Part shown: positions 18,301-26,840 of the stretch, in pieces
Position numbering within the stretch: position 1 is the first letter of the stretch
How the letters are laid out: every line of letters begins with the position of its first letter
Virus record (IMG/VR): IMGVR_UViG_3300042452_000717
Coordinates: 1-50,940 of that record
From: a virus
Lineage: Duplodnaviria > Caudoviricetes
Length of the DNA: 50,940 nt
Direction: 5' to 3' (one strand)
Notes under the pieces: generated by a model
What the model was told of the DNA's origin: nothing
Database searches by the model: none
The model's input: the letters and a program-made list of their open reading frames with translations, nothing else
Position numbers and translations under genes: made by a program

Positions 18301-19571
18301 TGCAGACCTCGATGGGCGCTCCGTTCGCCGCTGGAACGAACGTTCCGAGCGACGCGGGAATCACGCGCTACGTGTTCGCCAACCTCTCGCCGTGCGCCGC
18401 GGAGTGGACGATCCGCACGCTCTCGCCGGCGGTGTTCGCGCTGGATGCTGCTCCGCGGTGGTGGCGTGCTCCGTCCGTGCCTCGCCGCAATCCGGTGCTC
18501 GGGATGCGATCGCACCGGGGCCAACTGTTCGCAGCGACGCGCGGGGCGCTGTACCTCGCCGACGACCGCTGGCGCACCGACGGGCCGACCGAGACGATCA
18601 AGCGCAGCCTGCACCTGCGGGGGCGGATGCTCGAGGGCTCTGGCGCGTGCGCTCCGCTCGAAAGCGACGGCGTTCGGTTCGATTCGGCGACCGGCTTGGA
18701 GGTCACGGGCGCGCGCCTGGGGACCGGCTTCTCGATCGACGCCTGGGTCAAGCTCGACGCGCTGGCCGACGTGCAGACGATCCTCTGGGTCGGATCGCTG
18801 TCGACCAACCCGATGCGCAACGCGAGCGGCTCTGCCGGGCAGCACAAGGTTCACCTGTGGATCAGGCTGGCGAACGGTGCGCCGGAGCTTGCCATCGGCT
18901 CGACCGCGACGTTCGACGGGACGAACCGGCCTGCGGGCGGACTGTTCGTGGCGCGCGGCGCGGCGACGCTCAAGGTAGGCGAGTGGACGCACGTTCGCTT
19001 TGCCCTGGCCGGTGCGCAGTCCAATACCTGGATCTCGAGCTCGGTCGGGTGCTTCGTCAACGGCCGATCCGTCGGCGTGCGGCTCCTGGCGACCGAGAAC
19101 GCGGCGCCAGCTGGCTCCTGGGTCCAGCTCTCGGGCATGGTCCCGATCGCGGGCTGCTCGGCGCTGCTCGGCGTCGCGCGCGATGCGTACTCGGACCCGG
19201 AGACCGCGCGGTCGTTCGTCGACACCGTGGCGGGCGGCGTGGTGTTCCGGCCCAACCGATTCCACGGCAGACTCCACGCGCTCGGCGGGCTGCTTGCCCG
19301 CGTCGCTGCGCGCACTGGAGCGGCAACCGCGGGGTTCCAGCCGGAGGCGCTCGCGGACGCAAGCCCGACGTTCCTGGCGCTTGCGGCGCCCGAGGGCATC
19401 GGTCACAAGGCGCTCGACTCTGGCGGCGCGCAGTACGGGGTGATCGAATCGCATCCGGCGATCAGCCTCTTCCACGAAATGGGCCTGCACGAGAATCCTG
19501 CGAGCTGGGCGCTGTACGGCGCCGCGCTGTTCGTCACCACGGGCGGGAGGCCGGTCCATGTTCGCGGTTAG
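15336..19571 (+). CDS. Tail nozzle/stabilisation protein, N-terminal part, with LamG (ConA-like) insertions (1411 aa)
   Basis: Start GLNDALNPALLQDGQTPDCENVDF resembles nozzle N-termini; LamG-like motifs LVGEWPMDDAGGGVLRD, FSIDAWVK...GEWTHV...CFVNG. Confidence 0.7.
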   Translation: MPNQPGRRHYRRYPIKPLALGLNDALNPALLQDGQTPDCENVDFDRESVSGSGGAVKFNNQPAPHSGVLTTVSEAPLGGVPSRGYVFVPYRREQDLGGDFALSGTALNTSTHEFHGRRGKSFTFSIGFRLPIDEKLYAPQAGSGAPASASSEINTYDEGLEECSLLAQKGGDAFSPMSWALGIVNTGDQFETITGAAAFDRPSNYALVFMWYDAPGWGAYGGNQMRYLVGAGGANVGSSGRQATIGLRAIIAKAFIEPGRDYQVAVRLRLDTGTPGDATSSNPTAAWNSDGAFEIVLRDQAGTVTRCATSGTDLFSWKGPIDNFDYLTRYGVRFSGRDPMFLGLGMRFEPWADQGFAPLGLDSARLASGGHRMIDVSASGPPAAYPAGQTCNYTIGVAHLSINLQGMHGNAANAAANLPNPYDPLDLATAAGPWPGLFNAGTGAIPDQGTAGQSEALRNCWVALWNGGGATPTAIRGGRVRIGHYAEGGGTNRLVRADGLVAGTGWATNAPFFVIVFRWRQRPLALSSFRIWTTARDLTTARARFSLASYSLPDDLTEPDISSLVGEWPMDDAGGGVLRDRVAGNDAYLAPYTLGRGSGKLFLSGEGEALTLDMEEDSVLRRELAEMLRSGSSGFAIEFSCVIPQAYYGREVLVGATQRRTQGAPVLASWEIRDDTPALRVAARPMLRLSNASAVPFAAASHPFFFPQGFTLEVDTQPDNETGSLAVAVEPWSTGPVANFSTTAEWVGERIRIQIGVQSTGNPDEYRVYMAASPKSVLAPAAGDPPNAEFAYFSTLTISRRALLRSVVVIGGAWRPESLRVGEFNARMIVEDVRVFGVAAPGALPAASGGVTPAGTGKLSGARALPPGKLSRADLLNPLNAAASGVNVTRESASVASAGGVPFFASEPEDTLDAAKETFVRVSRDELEVRQEDTAPVVLNEFYYAPSVSGSTLTLSRPFDGPTMRNVSAASFRVIGYTAFDDDISHITVQTSMGAPFAAGTNVPSDAGITRYVFANLSPCAAEWTIRTLSPAVFALDAAPRWWRAPSVPRRNPVLGMRSHRGQLFAATRGALYLADDRWRTDGPTETIKRSLHLRGRMLEGSGACAPLESDGVRFDSATGLEVTGARLGTGFSIDAWVKLDALADVQTILWVGSLSTNPMRNASGSAGQHKVHLWIRLANGAPELAIGSTATFDGTNRPAGGLFVARGAATLKVGEWTHVRFALAGAQSNTWISSSVGCFVNGRSVGVRLLATENAAPAGSWVQLSGMVPIAGCSALLGVARDAYSDPETARSFVDTVAGGVVFRPNRFHGRLHALGGLLARVAARTGAATAGFQPEALADASPTFLALAAPEGIGHKALDSGGAQYGVIESHPAISLFHEMGLHENPASWALYGAALFVTTGGRPVHVRG

Positions 19572-22500
19572 AGCCAAGCACGCCGGGGTTCGCCCCCCGG
19601 TCTCACGCCCCGAGTTCGAGCTCCGCCGCGGTGCGCCGCTGTGGACGCCCAACTTCCGCAGCGGGATCAACCCGGAGAACGATCCGATCGGTCCGACTTC
19701 GACGGCCGACTCGCGGATCTACCACTACCAGACCGACGGGAACGCCTACCTCGAACAACCGTTTGACGCCGAGATGGCGTTCGAGCCCGCCGCGACCGGG
19801 TTGCACGCCAGCGCCGACGTGTTCGCGTTCAAGTGCTTGGTCAAGCCGCACGAGATCAACGGGCGGCGCTTGCTCTACTCGAATAAGGGCGAAGGCGTGG
19901 CCTCGGGCGGCATCTTCGTCGACATCCTCGATGGCAAGCTGCGCCTCGGCTGGTACGACACGGTGCTCAAGAAGGAGGTCTGGATCGAGACTTCCGTTCC
20001 CGTGTTCGATCCGCACCACTGGCACTACGTCTACGTGCGCAAGCGCTATCCGAGCAAGTCGCTGGGGTCGGGGTGCTGGAGAGACACGATTTTCGGCCTG
20101 ACGACTTCGCAGCTCAACGACGTGATGCTCGTGCGTCGGTTCCGCAAGACGGATGCGAGCTTCTACCAGCGCCGGACGTGGGACTACAAGCGGCACGCAT
20201 CGGTGCGGCAGTTCATCGGCTTCACGACCGATCTGGATTTCAGTGTCGGGGGGTCCGCTGGAACCGGGCTCGTCTCGCACAACGGCCTCACGTACACCGG
20301 CGACATCGTGGGCAACATCACGGCGAGCGGGGCGTGCTTCTCGCGCGACATGCTCGGGATGCTGTTCTGTCCAGGAAATGGACCTTTCGCGGGCCAGTCG
20401 TTCGTCATCGACGCCTTCACGTCGTCAACCATCGTGACCGTCGTGGACCCGATCACCGGCGTGGCGGTGGACCTCACCACACTCGTCAACGACTTGGGCG
20501 GCGTCTACACGGGCGTCAAGCTCATCAAGTCCGATGGCTTCGCCGACAGCGAGAACGTCGACCAGTCGACCTACGCGACCAACCTCTTCGGCTCGCACTT
20601 GGCGCTGGATGCAAGCAGCGGCGTGATGCCGTTTGTTGGCGAGTTCGCGTCCTTCGCCTACATCGTGGAGTCGGGTGCGACGCCCAACCTGTTCGAGCCG
20701 AGCAACACGAACCTCGCGGGTGGCCTCAGCGCCGACTTGGCCGACGACGGCTGCGACCTGTTCAACGACTTCGAGATTTTCCAGTCGAGCACGGTCGGCC
20801 CCGGCGAACTGCACGCGCACGAAGTAGCCCGTGACTCCTTCACCGCCGTCGACACGCAGCCGCTCGCTGGCGACGATCAGGCGAGCACGAAGCCGAACGA
20901 GACGATGCGGATCGCGCCCGAGGCTGCGCCCTCGAGTGCGCGCGTCACGCCGCTCACTTGGCGCTTCCTGCGCGAGCGCGGCGAGATGGTGCAGAAGATC
21001 CGCGTGCGCTGCGCGTTCTACGACCCCGAGCAAGCTCAGGTGTCCGCGCCCGGCCCCGAGCTCGAGATCGACCCCGGCGGCGACGACGCGAGCAACACGA
21101 GCTCGAAGGTCGAAATCAAGCTCACCGAGCTCCCGGCCCCGGTCGACCGCGGCGAGATCGAAACCTGGGTGTACGCGACGCTGCCCGGCACGTTCTCGTT
21201 CTTCAAGGTCGCCGAGGTCCCCAAGGGCGCAACGTCGACCTCTTTCTCGCCGACGCTCGACGAGCTCGCGCGCGGGCTGCCCCTGGAGTTCGACAACTGG
21301 CCGCCGCCGGAGTGCAGCGTGCTCGAGGTGTCTCAGAGCTCGCTGGTCTGCGGCAACCTGCGGCGCTGGGTGAACAGCGACGAGGGGAACCCGACTGACT
21401 TCCCCGACGTGGCCGTGTTCTCGAAGCCGAATCGGCCGCTCGCGTTCCCCGCGGAGAACATCATCGCGGTCCCGGACTCGTCGCGTGAAGGTGTGACAGG
21501 TCTCCGCGACTTCAACGGCCGCCTGCTCATCACCAAGCGCGACACGATCCACCGCGCTGCGCTGCGCCAGGGCGCGGCTCAGAGCGAGGTCGTGAGCAAG
21601 ACGTTCGGCTGCTCGAGCGGGCAGTCGCTCATCGAGCACGAGGGCGTGCTGATGTTCTGGGGCAAGCGCGGCGTGTACGCCTACGACGGCTCGGGGATTC
21701 CGCGCTGGATCGGCGCGAACGTCCGCGAACTGTTCGAGACGGGGATCGAGCCCGGCGCCGCGCTCGAGTCCGTGGCCGGCGTGAATCCGCGCCGCAACCA
21801 AGTCGTGTTCACGCTGCGCGAGGTCGACGCGCTCTACAAGAGCCACCGCCTCAGCGTGGAGCCGTTCGGCGGCGGGCTGCGCTTCTCGCGCTACGAAGCT
21901 CCCAACCTCACGGCGCTGGTCGATCACGCGACCGATGACGGCGAGGTCGGCGAGTTCGCCGGCGGCACCGAGGAAGGGTTCTTCGTCTGGCTGGACCGCC
22001 AGGACTCGTCGCTCGTGATGCTCGGCGCGGCGGCCACGCACGGCGCTTCTTCGCTCACGGTTGGCGTGGGCAGCACCACCACGCAGATCGTCGTGTCCGG
22101 TGGTACGCTCGACCTCGCGCTTGCGGGGCCTCGGGGCGCGGTTGCTTCATGGGGGAACGAGCGACTCATGGCGCTCGCGGTTGAGGCTGGGAACCTGCTC
22201 CTCGATCGCCCCGCGAGCGCGCCTCCGGCCCAGGGCACCACGATCCGTCTCGGCGTGGCGCCGCGGTACTGGGAGACGCGCTGGCTCGACTTCGAGGACA
22301 GCGAGAGCGTGAAGCGCGCCCGCTACCTGGACGTGACGACGAAACTCGGGACGGGTGCGCTGCGCGTCAGCGCGTTCCTGGACTTCGGGACGACGGCGCG
22401 GTCCCTGATCCCTCACAACTCCAACCCGCCGCCGAGCGAGATCAACCTCGCCACGCGCGCCGTGACCCGCTTCGACATCGGCCACTTGAACGCCCGACAT

Positions 22501-22581
22501 TTCAAGTTCCGGTTCGAGGCTGACGTTCCTTTCGAGATCATCGAGCTCGTGTTCCGCGTCTCCGATGTCGACCCGACCTGA
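19558..22581 (+). CDS. Tail nozzle/stabilisation protein, C-terminal part, beta-propeller (1007 aa)
   Basis: VTGLRDFNGRLLITKRDTI, FGCSSGQSLIEHEGVLMFWGKRGVYAYDG, WETRWLDFEDSESVKRARYL; GGGAGG RBS 7 nt before the ATG. Confidence 0.78.
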   Translation: MFAVRAKHAGVRPPVSRPEFELRRGAPLWTPNFRSGINPENDPIGPTSTADSRIYHYQTDGNAYLEQPFDAEMAFEPAATGLHASADVFAFKCLVKPHEINGRRLLYSNKGEGVASGGIFVDILDGKLRLGWYDTVLKKEVWIETSVPVFDPHHWHYVYVRKRYPSKSLGSGCWRDTIFGLTTSQLNDVMLVRRFRKTDASFYQRRTWDYKRHASVRQFIGFTTDLDFSVGGSAGTGLVSHNGLTYTGDIVGNITASGACFSRDMLGMLFCPGNGPFAGQSFVIDAFTSSTIVTVVDPITGVAVDLTTLVNDLGGVYTGVKLIKSDGFADSENVDQSTYATNLFGSHLALDASSGVMPFVGEFASFAYIVESGATPNLFEPSNTNLAGGLSADLADDGCDLFNDFEIFQSSTVGPGELHAHEVARDSFTAVDTQPLAGDDQASTKPNETMRIAPEAAPSSARVTPLTWRFLRERGEMVQKIRVRCAFYDPEQAQVSAPGPELEIDPGGDDASNTSSKVEIKLTELPAPVDRGEIETWVYATLPGTFSFFKVAEVPKGATSTSFSPTLDELARGLPLEFDNWPPPECSVLEVSQSSLVCGNLRRWVNSDEGNPTDFPDVAVFSKPNRPLAFPAENIIAVPDSSREGVTGLRDFNGRLLITKRDTIHRAALRQGAAQSEVVSKTFGCSSGQSLIEHEGVLMFWGKRGVYAYDGSGIPRWIGANVRELFETGIEPGAALESVAGVNPRRNQVVFTLREVDALYKSHRLSVEPFGGGLRFSRYEAPNLTALVDHATDDGEVGEFAGGTEEGFFVWLDRQDSSLVMLGAAATHGASSLTVGVGSTTTQIVVSGGTLDLALAGPRGAVASWGNERLMALAVEAGNLLLDRPASAPPAQGTTIRLGVAPRYWETRWLDFEDSESVKRARYLDVTTKLGTGALRVSAFLDFGTTARSLIPHNSNPPPSEINLATRAVTRFDIGHLNARHFKFRFEADVPFEIIELVFRVSDVDPT

Positions 22582-22750
22582 CCAAATCCCGATCCAAGTC
22601 GATCGCGTGCCCGAGGAGTACGACGCCGCCGCCGTGCAGCGCGTGCTCGAGTCGGCCGTTCGGCGCGTCACGGATCGGACCCCGACGCCTCAAGTCCAAA
22701 AGCTGGACAAGACGGCGGAGGACAACAACCCTCTGCCGTGGGTGCTCTGA
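22565..22750 (+). CDS. Small hypothetical protein (61 aa)
   Basis: Fills the gap between the nozzle and next gene with overlapping start and stop. Confidence 0.6.
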   Translation: MSTRPDQIPIQVDRVPEEYDAAAVQRVLESAVRRVTDRTPTPQVQKLDKTAEDNNPLPWVL

Positions 22751-23076
22751 TGCCGACGCCGCGCACACTCAACGGCGTTCTGACGACCGGGCAAGTCGCG
22801 CTGTATCGCGTGCCGTCGGACCGCTACGCCGTCGTCACCGCGCTCACCATGATGAACGTGAGCGGCGCGACCGCGACCGGCTCGCTGTTCCTGCGCACGC
22901 GCGGAGGTGTCACGCAGATCGTGGGGCGATCCATGACGGCGCTCTCGACGAACACCAACGACTTCGCCCTCGGATCCGAGCGCTGGGTGCTCGAGCCCGA
23001 CAGCGTGGTCGAGGGACTCGCCAGCGCGGCCAACGCGATCACTTGGGCGATCATGCTCTTGGAGTTCAAGCCGTGA
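22750..23076 (+). CDS. Small virion protein (108 aa)
   Basis: LYRVP...VVTALTMMNVSG...WVLEPDSVVEGLAS pattern common in small podophage tail proteins; TGATG coupling. Confidence 0.7.
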   Translation: MPTPRTLNGVLTTGQVALYRVPSDRYAVVTALTMMNVSGATATGSLFLRTRGGVTQIVGRSMTALSTNTNDFALGSERWVLEPDSVVEGLASAANAITWAIMLLEFKP

Positions 23077-23498
23077 GCCGTGGAGGGCGCTATGTGGCTC
23101 CGCCGGACGCGGGCGCGGGCGACGGCTCCATCGAGCGCAACCTTGGCGCGACGCCGCGATTCCGCGGGCGGTTCACGATCACCGATGCGTCGATCTCAGC
23201 GTCCAGCATCGTGAAGTGCTGGCAGGCTCCAGGTCCGTACACGGGCAAGGGCACGCGCGCGGACGAAGCGGAGATGCAGCCGGTCCAGGTGATTGCCGTG
23301 AGCCCAGGCTCGGGGAGCGCCACGGTCTACTGGCAGACGCCGCCCGCGTACACGATGAGCGAGGGCGGGCCGAGCGGCCGCCGCGACGCTCCGAACACGG
23401 CGGCAGGCTTCGATCCGCGCTACCCGTACGTGCAATCCGTTGCGCGACGCAAGGGGCGCGTGCGCGGCAACGTGAAGTTCAACTACTCGGTCGTATAG
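23073..23498 (+). CDS. Putative virion protein (141 aa)
   Basis: GTGA overlap with the upstream gene; FTITDASISASSIV beta-rich sequence. Confidence 0.65.
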   Translation: MSRGGRYVAPPDAGAGDGSIERNLGATPRFRGRFTITDASISASSIVKCWQAPGPYTGKGTRADEAEMQPVQVIAVSPGSGSATVYWQTPPAYTMSEGGPSGRRDAPNTAAGFDPRYPYVQSVARRKGRVRGNVKFNYSVV

Positions 23499-23507
23499 GA
23501 GTCGAGC

Positions 23508-24197
23508 ATGGCAGTCATTGAGGGTGCAGTCAGTCTTGCTCTTGCCGGCGTCGGCGCTGAGTCGTCGTCTCCCCTCCACGTCGTCTCGAAGCCCACGCCG
23601 CACGGAGCGCTGGGCCACTACCGCGTGGCCGCGACGACGGGAGCGATCACGGCTGGGTTGGCCGCCAGTGCGCAGTTGTTTTACTTGCGCTGGACGGACG
23701 CAACGCGCTTCTGCGTCATCACGTACTTCCGCGCTCAGTTCCAGACGCTCACGCCGTTCACCGCTGCGACGCTGACCGACTTTGGATTCGACTTGCACAA
23801 AGCGACAGCGGTGAGTGCGGGCGGCGCTGGGACCGATCTCGGCGCTTCCGTCAAGACTAGGATGCGAACGGGCGGCATGGGCGCGTCGCTTTTGGATGCC
23901 TCGGGCCTCATGCGCATCAGCGCGAACGTGACGCTCACCAACATCACCACGTTGGATGTGCTGCCGATCGCTCAGAGCCTCGGCGACGCGCAAAGGGTCA
24001 ACCCGGCTGCGGGCACGGAAGAGCAGCGCGTGAACGACCCGACGCTGATCTTTGCTCCAGACATGGCTCGCGGTGAGCATCCTCTCGTGCTCGCGCAGAA
24101 CGAGGGCTTGGTGTTGCGCAATCGCGCGCTTTGGCCCGTCGCTGGAACGGGCATCGTGCAGGTCGAAATCGCGTGGTCCGAGGTCGACGCTTACTAG
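23508..24197 (+). CDS. Putative virion structural protein (229 aa)
   Basis: AGGAG RBS; A/T/G-rich; ends PLVLAQNEGLVLRN...VEIAWSE. Confidence 0.7.
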   Translation: MAVIEGAVSLALAGVGAESSSPLHVVSKPTPHGALGHYRVAATTGAITAGLAASAQLFYLRWTDATRFCVITYFRAQFQTLTPFTAATLTDFGFDLHKATAVSAGGAGTDLGASVKTRMRTGGMGASLLDASGLMRISANVTLTNITTLDVLPIAQSLGDAQRVNPAAGTEEQRVNDPTLIFAPDMARGEHPLVLAQNEGLVLRNRALWPVAGTGIVQVEIAWSEVDAY

Positions 24198-24233
24198 TCC
24201 CGCTTTGCGGTAGGATCTTGACGGAGGCCCAGC

Positions 24234-24809
24234 ATGGTCACATTCGGACCGACGAACCAATATCAGCCGCAGCCGAACCCGGCTGGCCCGCCCGTTGGGC
24301 AAAACATCACGCCGGGCTTCGGCCATCCTGGGAAGTCGGTACCGGGCGTCACGCCGTACTGGCTGACGACGGGCGCTCCGCAGCGGGTTTTCGACTACCG
24401 CGACCAAGTGCTCCCGCTGCTGCGCGAGCAGACGATGGGCGCGCTCGGGCAGAACATGGCGACGCAGGGCGCGATCTTCCGCGACTCGCAGCGGCAGATG
24501 GGCGACCAGTTCGCGCAGCTCGGAATCAACCCGGCCGCCGTCGCCGGGCGCTTCATGCCTCAGATGCAGATGGGCTTCGCGGAGCAGCTTGGCGGGGCCG
24601 CCGCGGGCGCGCGCGGACAGCTCGCGCAGGGCCAGATGGACCTCGCGGGCGAAGTGCTCAGCGCGCTCAACCAGATCGAGGCGTACTACGACTCCATCGG
24701 GCAGCAGAAGTACGCGGCCGACAAGTCGGCGAAGGCGTCGAGCAAGGCGGCCGGGATCGGCGGATTCGCGTCGGTGCTTGGCGGGGTCGGATCTATGTTC
24801 GGCCTCTGA
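24234..24809 (+). CDS. Probable ejection/pilot protein 1 (191 aa)
   Basis: Q/G/A-rich helices with glycine-rich hydrophobic C-terminus (AAGIGGFASVLGGVGSMFGL); first of three genes of increasing size. Confidence 0.65.
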   Translation: MVTFGPTNQYQPQPNPAGPPVGQNITPGFGHPGKSVPGVTPYWLTTGAPQRVFDYRDQVLPLLREQTMGALGQNMATQGAIFRDSQRQMGDQFAQLGINPAAVAGRFMPQMQMGFAEQLGGAAAGARGQLAQGQMDLAGEVLSALNQIEAYYDSIGQQKYAADKSAKASSKAAGIGGFASVLGGVGSMFGL

Positions 24810-24827
24810 TTTTCCCAAGGAAAGCAC

Positions 24828-26840
24828 ATGGCCGTCCCCAAGATTTTCGGCGCACCGAACCCGCAGGACACCGGCGGCGCGATGTCGTCGCTCATCAGCG
24901 CGCAGTCGCAAGCTGCCGGGATGCAGCTCTCGGCGATCCAAAACGCCGTGTCGCAGGCCGTGCAGGGCTTGCAGTTCGGCGCGCAGATCCGCCAGCGCAA
25001 GGACGAGCAGCTCCGCGAGATCGAGGCGCAGAACAATCTCGAGCGGATGCGCCAGACGTTCCAGGGCGACCAGAATCGGCTGATGCGCGAGCAGGACGAG
25101 CGGCAGTTCAAGGCCAATCAGCGTCTCCAGTGGCGCCAGCTCAACTCTGAGAACGCCTACAGGGTGCGCGATCTCGGCATGCGGCGCTTGGGCTTGGATG
25201 CTGGCATCGCCAACCAGGAGCGCGGCTACGGGCTGGATGTTCAGGAGCTGAACCTGCGGAAGGCGGAGGCCGCGAGCAACGAGCGCGTGCGAGCTGGGCA
25301 GCTCGAGGTCCAGGCGCAGCAGCTCGCGGAGGCGCGCAAGAACCAGAAGCTCAAGGACCAGTCGGAGCGCTACAAGGAGTGGGCGTTCCAGCTTCTCCAG
25401 CAGGGCGGCCTGAAACAGATGCCGGACGGCACGGTCGAGTTCGATCCGAACGCGGCCGACTCGCTGATCCAGCGCTTCCGGTCCGGTCCGCGTCCTGGCG
25501 ATGTCCTCGAGGCCGCGAACGCTCCGGGCGCCGGCTTCGGCGTCGCGCAGGCGTTTGAGGAGATCAACCAGCCGATGAACCAGCGCGCGAGCAGGCGCGT
25601 CGACCAGGACATCGACGCCACGGCGGCCGCGGCGCGAGGTGGTGGCGGCGACACGCCGCTGCCGATGGCGCAGGGGCCGAAGTACGTAGACGGCGATGCG
25701 ATGGCAAAGGCGATCGAGTCGATCCCTGGGCTCTCGCAGGCTGGCGGGCTCGGGTCCGTCGTGCGAATGGCGGACGCCGGAAAGATCCTGGTCGATACGT
25801 CAACCGGGAAGCTCATGGCGGTTGGCGTCAACGATCCGCTTGTGTTGCAGGAGCTCGAGACGCTCTCGGTGCGGTTCGCGCAAAACCCGACCGCGGTGTT
25901 CGCGTTGATCGGCGAGGCTGCGCATCCCGGAATCGGACCCAACAAGGGCTTCGATGCTGGGCGGGTGCTGTACGGAGCCCAGGGCGGGCAACCGCAGTTC
26001 ACGGACCCCGGCGGCGGAATGGCGACGCCTCCCCCGCCTCCCGGTCCGCAAGGCCAAGTGCAAGGTCAGGCGCAAGGCCAAGTGCAGGGCGAGCAGCCGG
26101 CGCCGGCTGTGCAGTTGCCCGAGGATCGGTTCTGGAGCGACGCAGGGGTGACGGGGCCGCCCGCGGAGACTCCGCCGGGAACTCCTCCGCCGGCTGCGCC
26201 GCCGCGCCGGCCGCAAAGCCAGTTCGCCGGCTTGCCCGCAGGCCGCCAGCAGATGCGTGCGGCCGAAGGCGCTTCTGCGCCGCGCGGCGGGATGCAGCGT
26301 GCCCCGGAACAAATGCGCCGCGGTGCAGCCGCGCCCTCGCGCGCTACGGCGGCGCAGGCTCGGCCGTCGTCTGGTCTTGGCGACGTGCTTGCCACTGGAG
26401 TCGGCGGATCTGGAGCGTTCCAGACCGTGCCGCTACCGGATCGCCAGCCGCCGCAAAGCCAGTTCGCCGGCTTGCCCGCAGGCCGCCAGCAGATGCGTGC
26501 GGCCGAAGGCGCTTCTGCGCCCACGGATCAGCGTCAGCCGACGACCGCAAGCGAGCGCGCTCAGTCCGCTCCGCGCGACTACGAGAAGCTCGCGCAGTTG
26601 TACCGCGGGCACGGGAAAGGCCTCGAAGGACTTGCGCCGGAAGAACTCCAGGGGCGGGGCCGAGGCCGCGATCTGTCGCGCAGCAAGCTCGAAGTGATGG
26701 CGCGCGAAGGCTCGCCCGACACCGAGGAAGCTGTTACGCTCGCGCGGTCGCTGGGCCACATCTCCGAAGCGGAGGCCGAACAGCTCCGGCGACGCTCCGC
26801 CGATGTTGCAAGACAGCGCGACCGCAAACGCAAACGGTAG
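24828..26840 (+). CDS. Probable ejection protein 2 (670 aa)
   Basis: Q/R-rich coiled-coil N-half, disordered P/Q/A-rich C-half; position. Confidence 0.65.
   Translation: MAVPKIFGAPNPQDTGGAMSSLISAQSQAAGMQLSAIQNAVSQAVQGLQFGAQIRQRKDEQLREIEAQNNLERMRQTFQGDQNRLMREQDERQFKANQRLQWRQLNSENAYRVRDLGMRRLGLDAGIANQERGYGLDVQELNLRKAEAASNERVRAGQLEVQAQQLAEARKNQKLKDQSERYKEWAFQLLQQGGLKQMPDGTVEFDPNAADSLIQRFRSGPRPGDVLEAANAPGAGFGVAQAFEEINQPMNQRASRRVDQDIDATAAAARGGGGDTPLPMAQGPKYVDGDAMAKAIESIPGLSQAGGLGSVVRMADAGKILVDTSTGKLMAVGVNDPLVLQELETLSVRFAQNPTAVFALIGEAAHPGIGPNKGFDAGRVLYGAQGGQPQFTDPGGGMATPPPPPGPQGQVQGQAQGQVQGEQPAPAVQLPEDRFWSDAGVTGPPAETPPGTPPPAAPPRRPQSQFAGLPAGRQQMRAAEGASAPRGGMQRAPEQMRRGAAAPSRATAAQARPSSGLGDVLATGVGGSGAFQTVPLPDRQPPQSQFAGLPAGRQQMRAAEGASAPTDQRQPTTASERAQSAPRDYEKLAQLYRGHGKGLEGLAPEELQGRGRGRDLSRSKLEVMAREGSPDTEEAVTLARSLGHISEAEAEQLRRRSADVARQRDRKRKR
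26210..26521 (+). repeat. Exact 72-bp in-frame direct repeat (26210-26281 and 26450-26521)
   Basis: Both copies encode PQSQFAGLPAGRQQMRAAEGASAP; 240 bp apart. Confidence 0.95.

Noticed and set aside
26210-26521. 72-bp repeat pair as a DGR template/variable repeat
   Set aside because: Copies are identical with no adenine-specific mismatches, and no reverse transcriptase is encoded.
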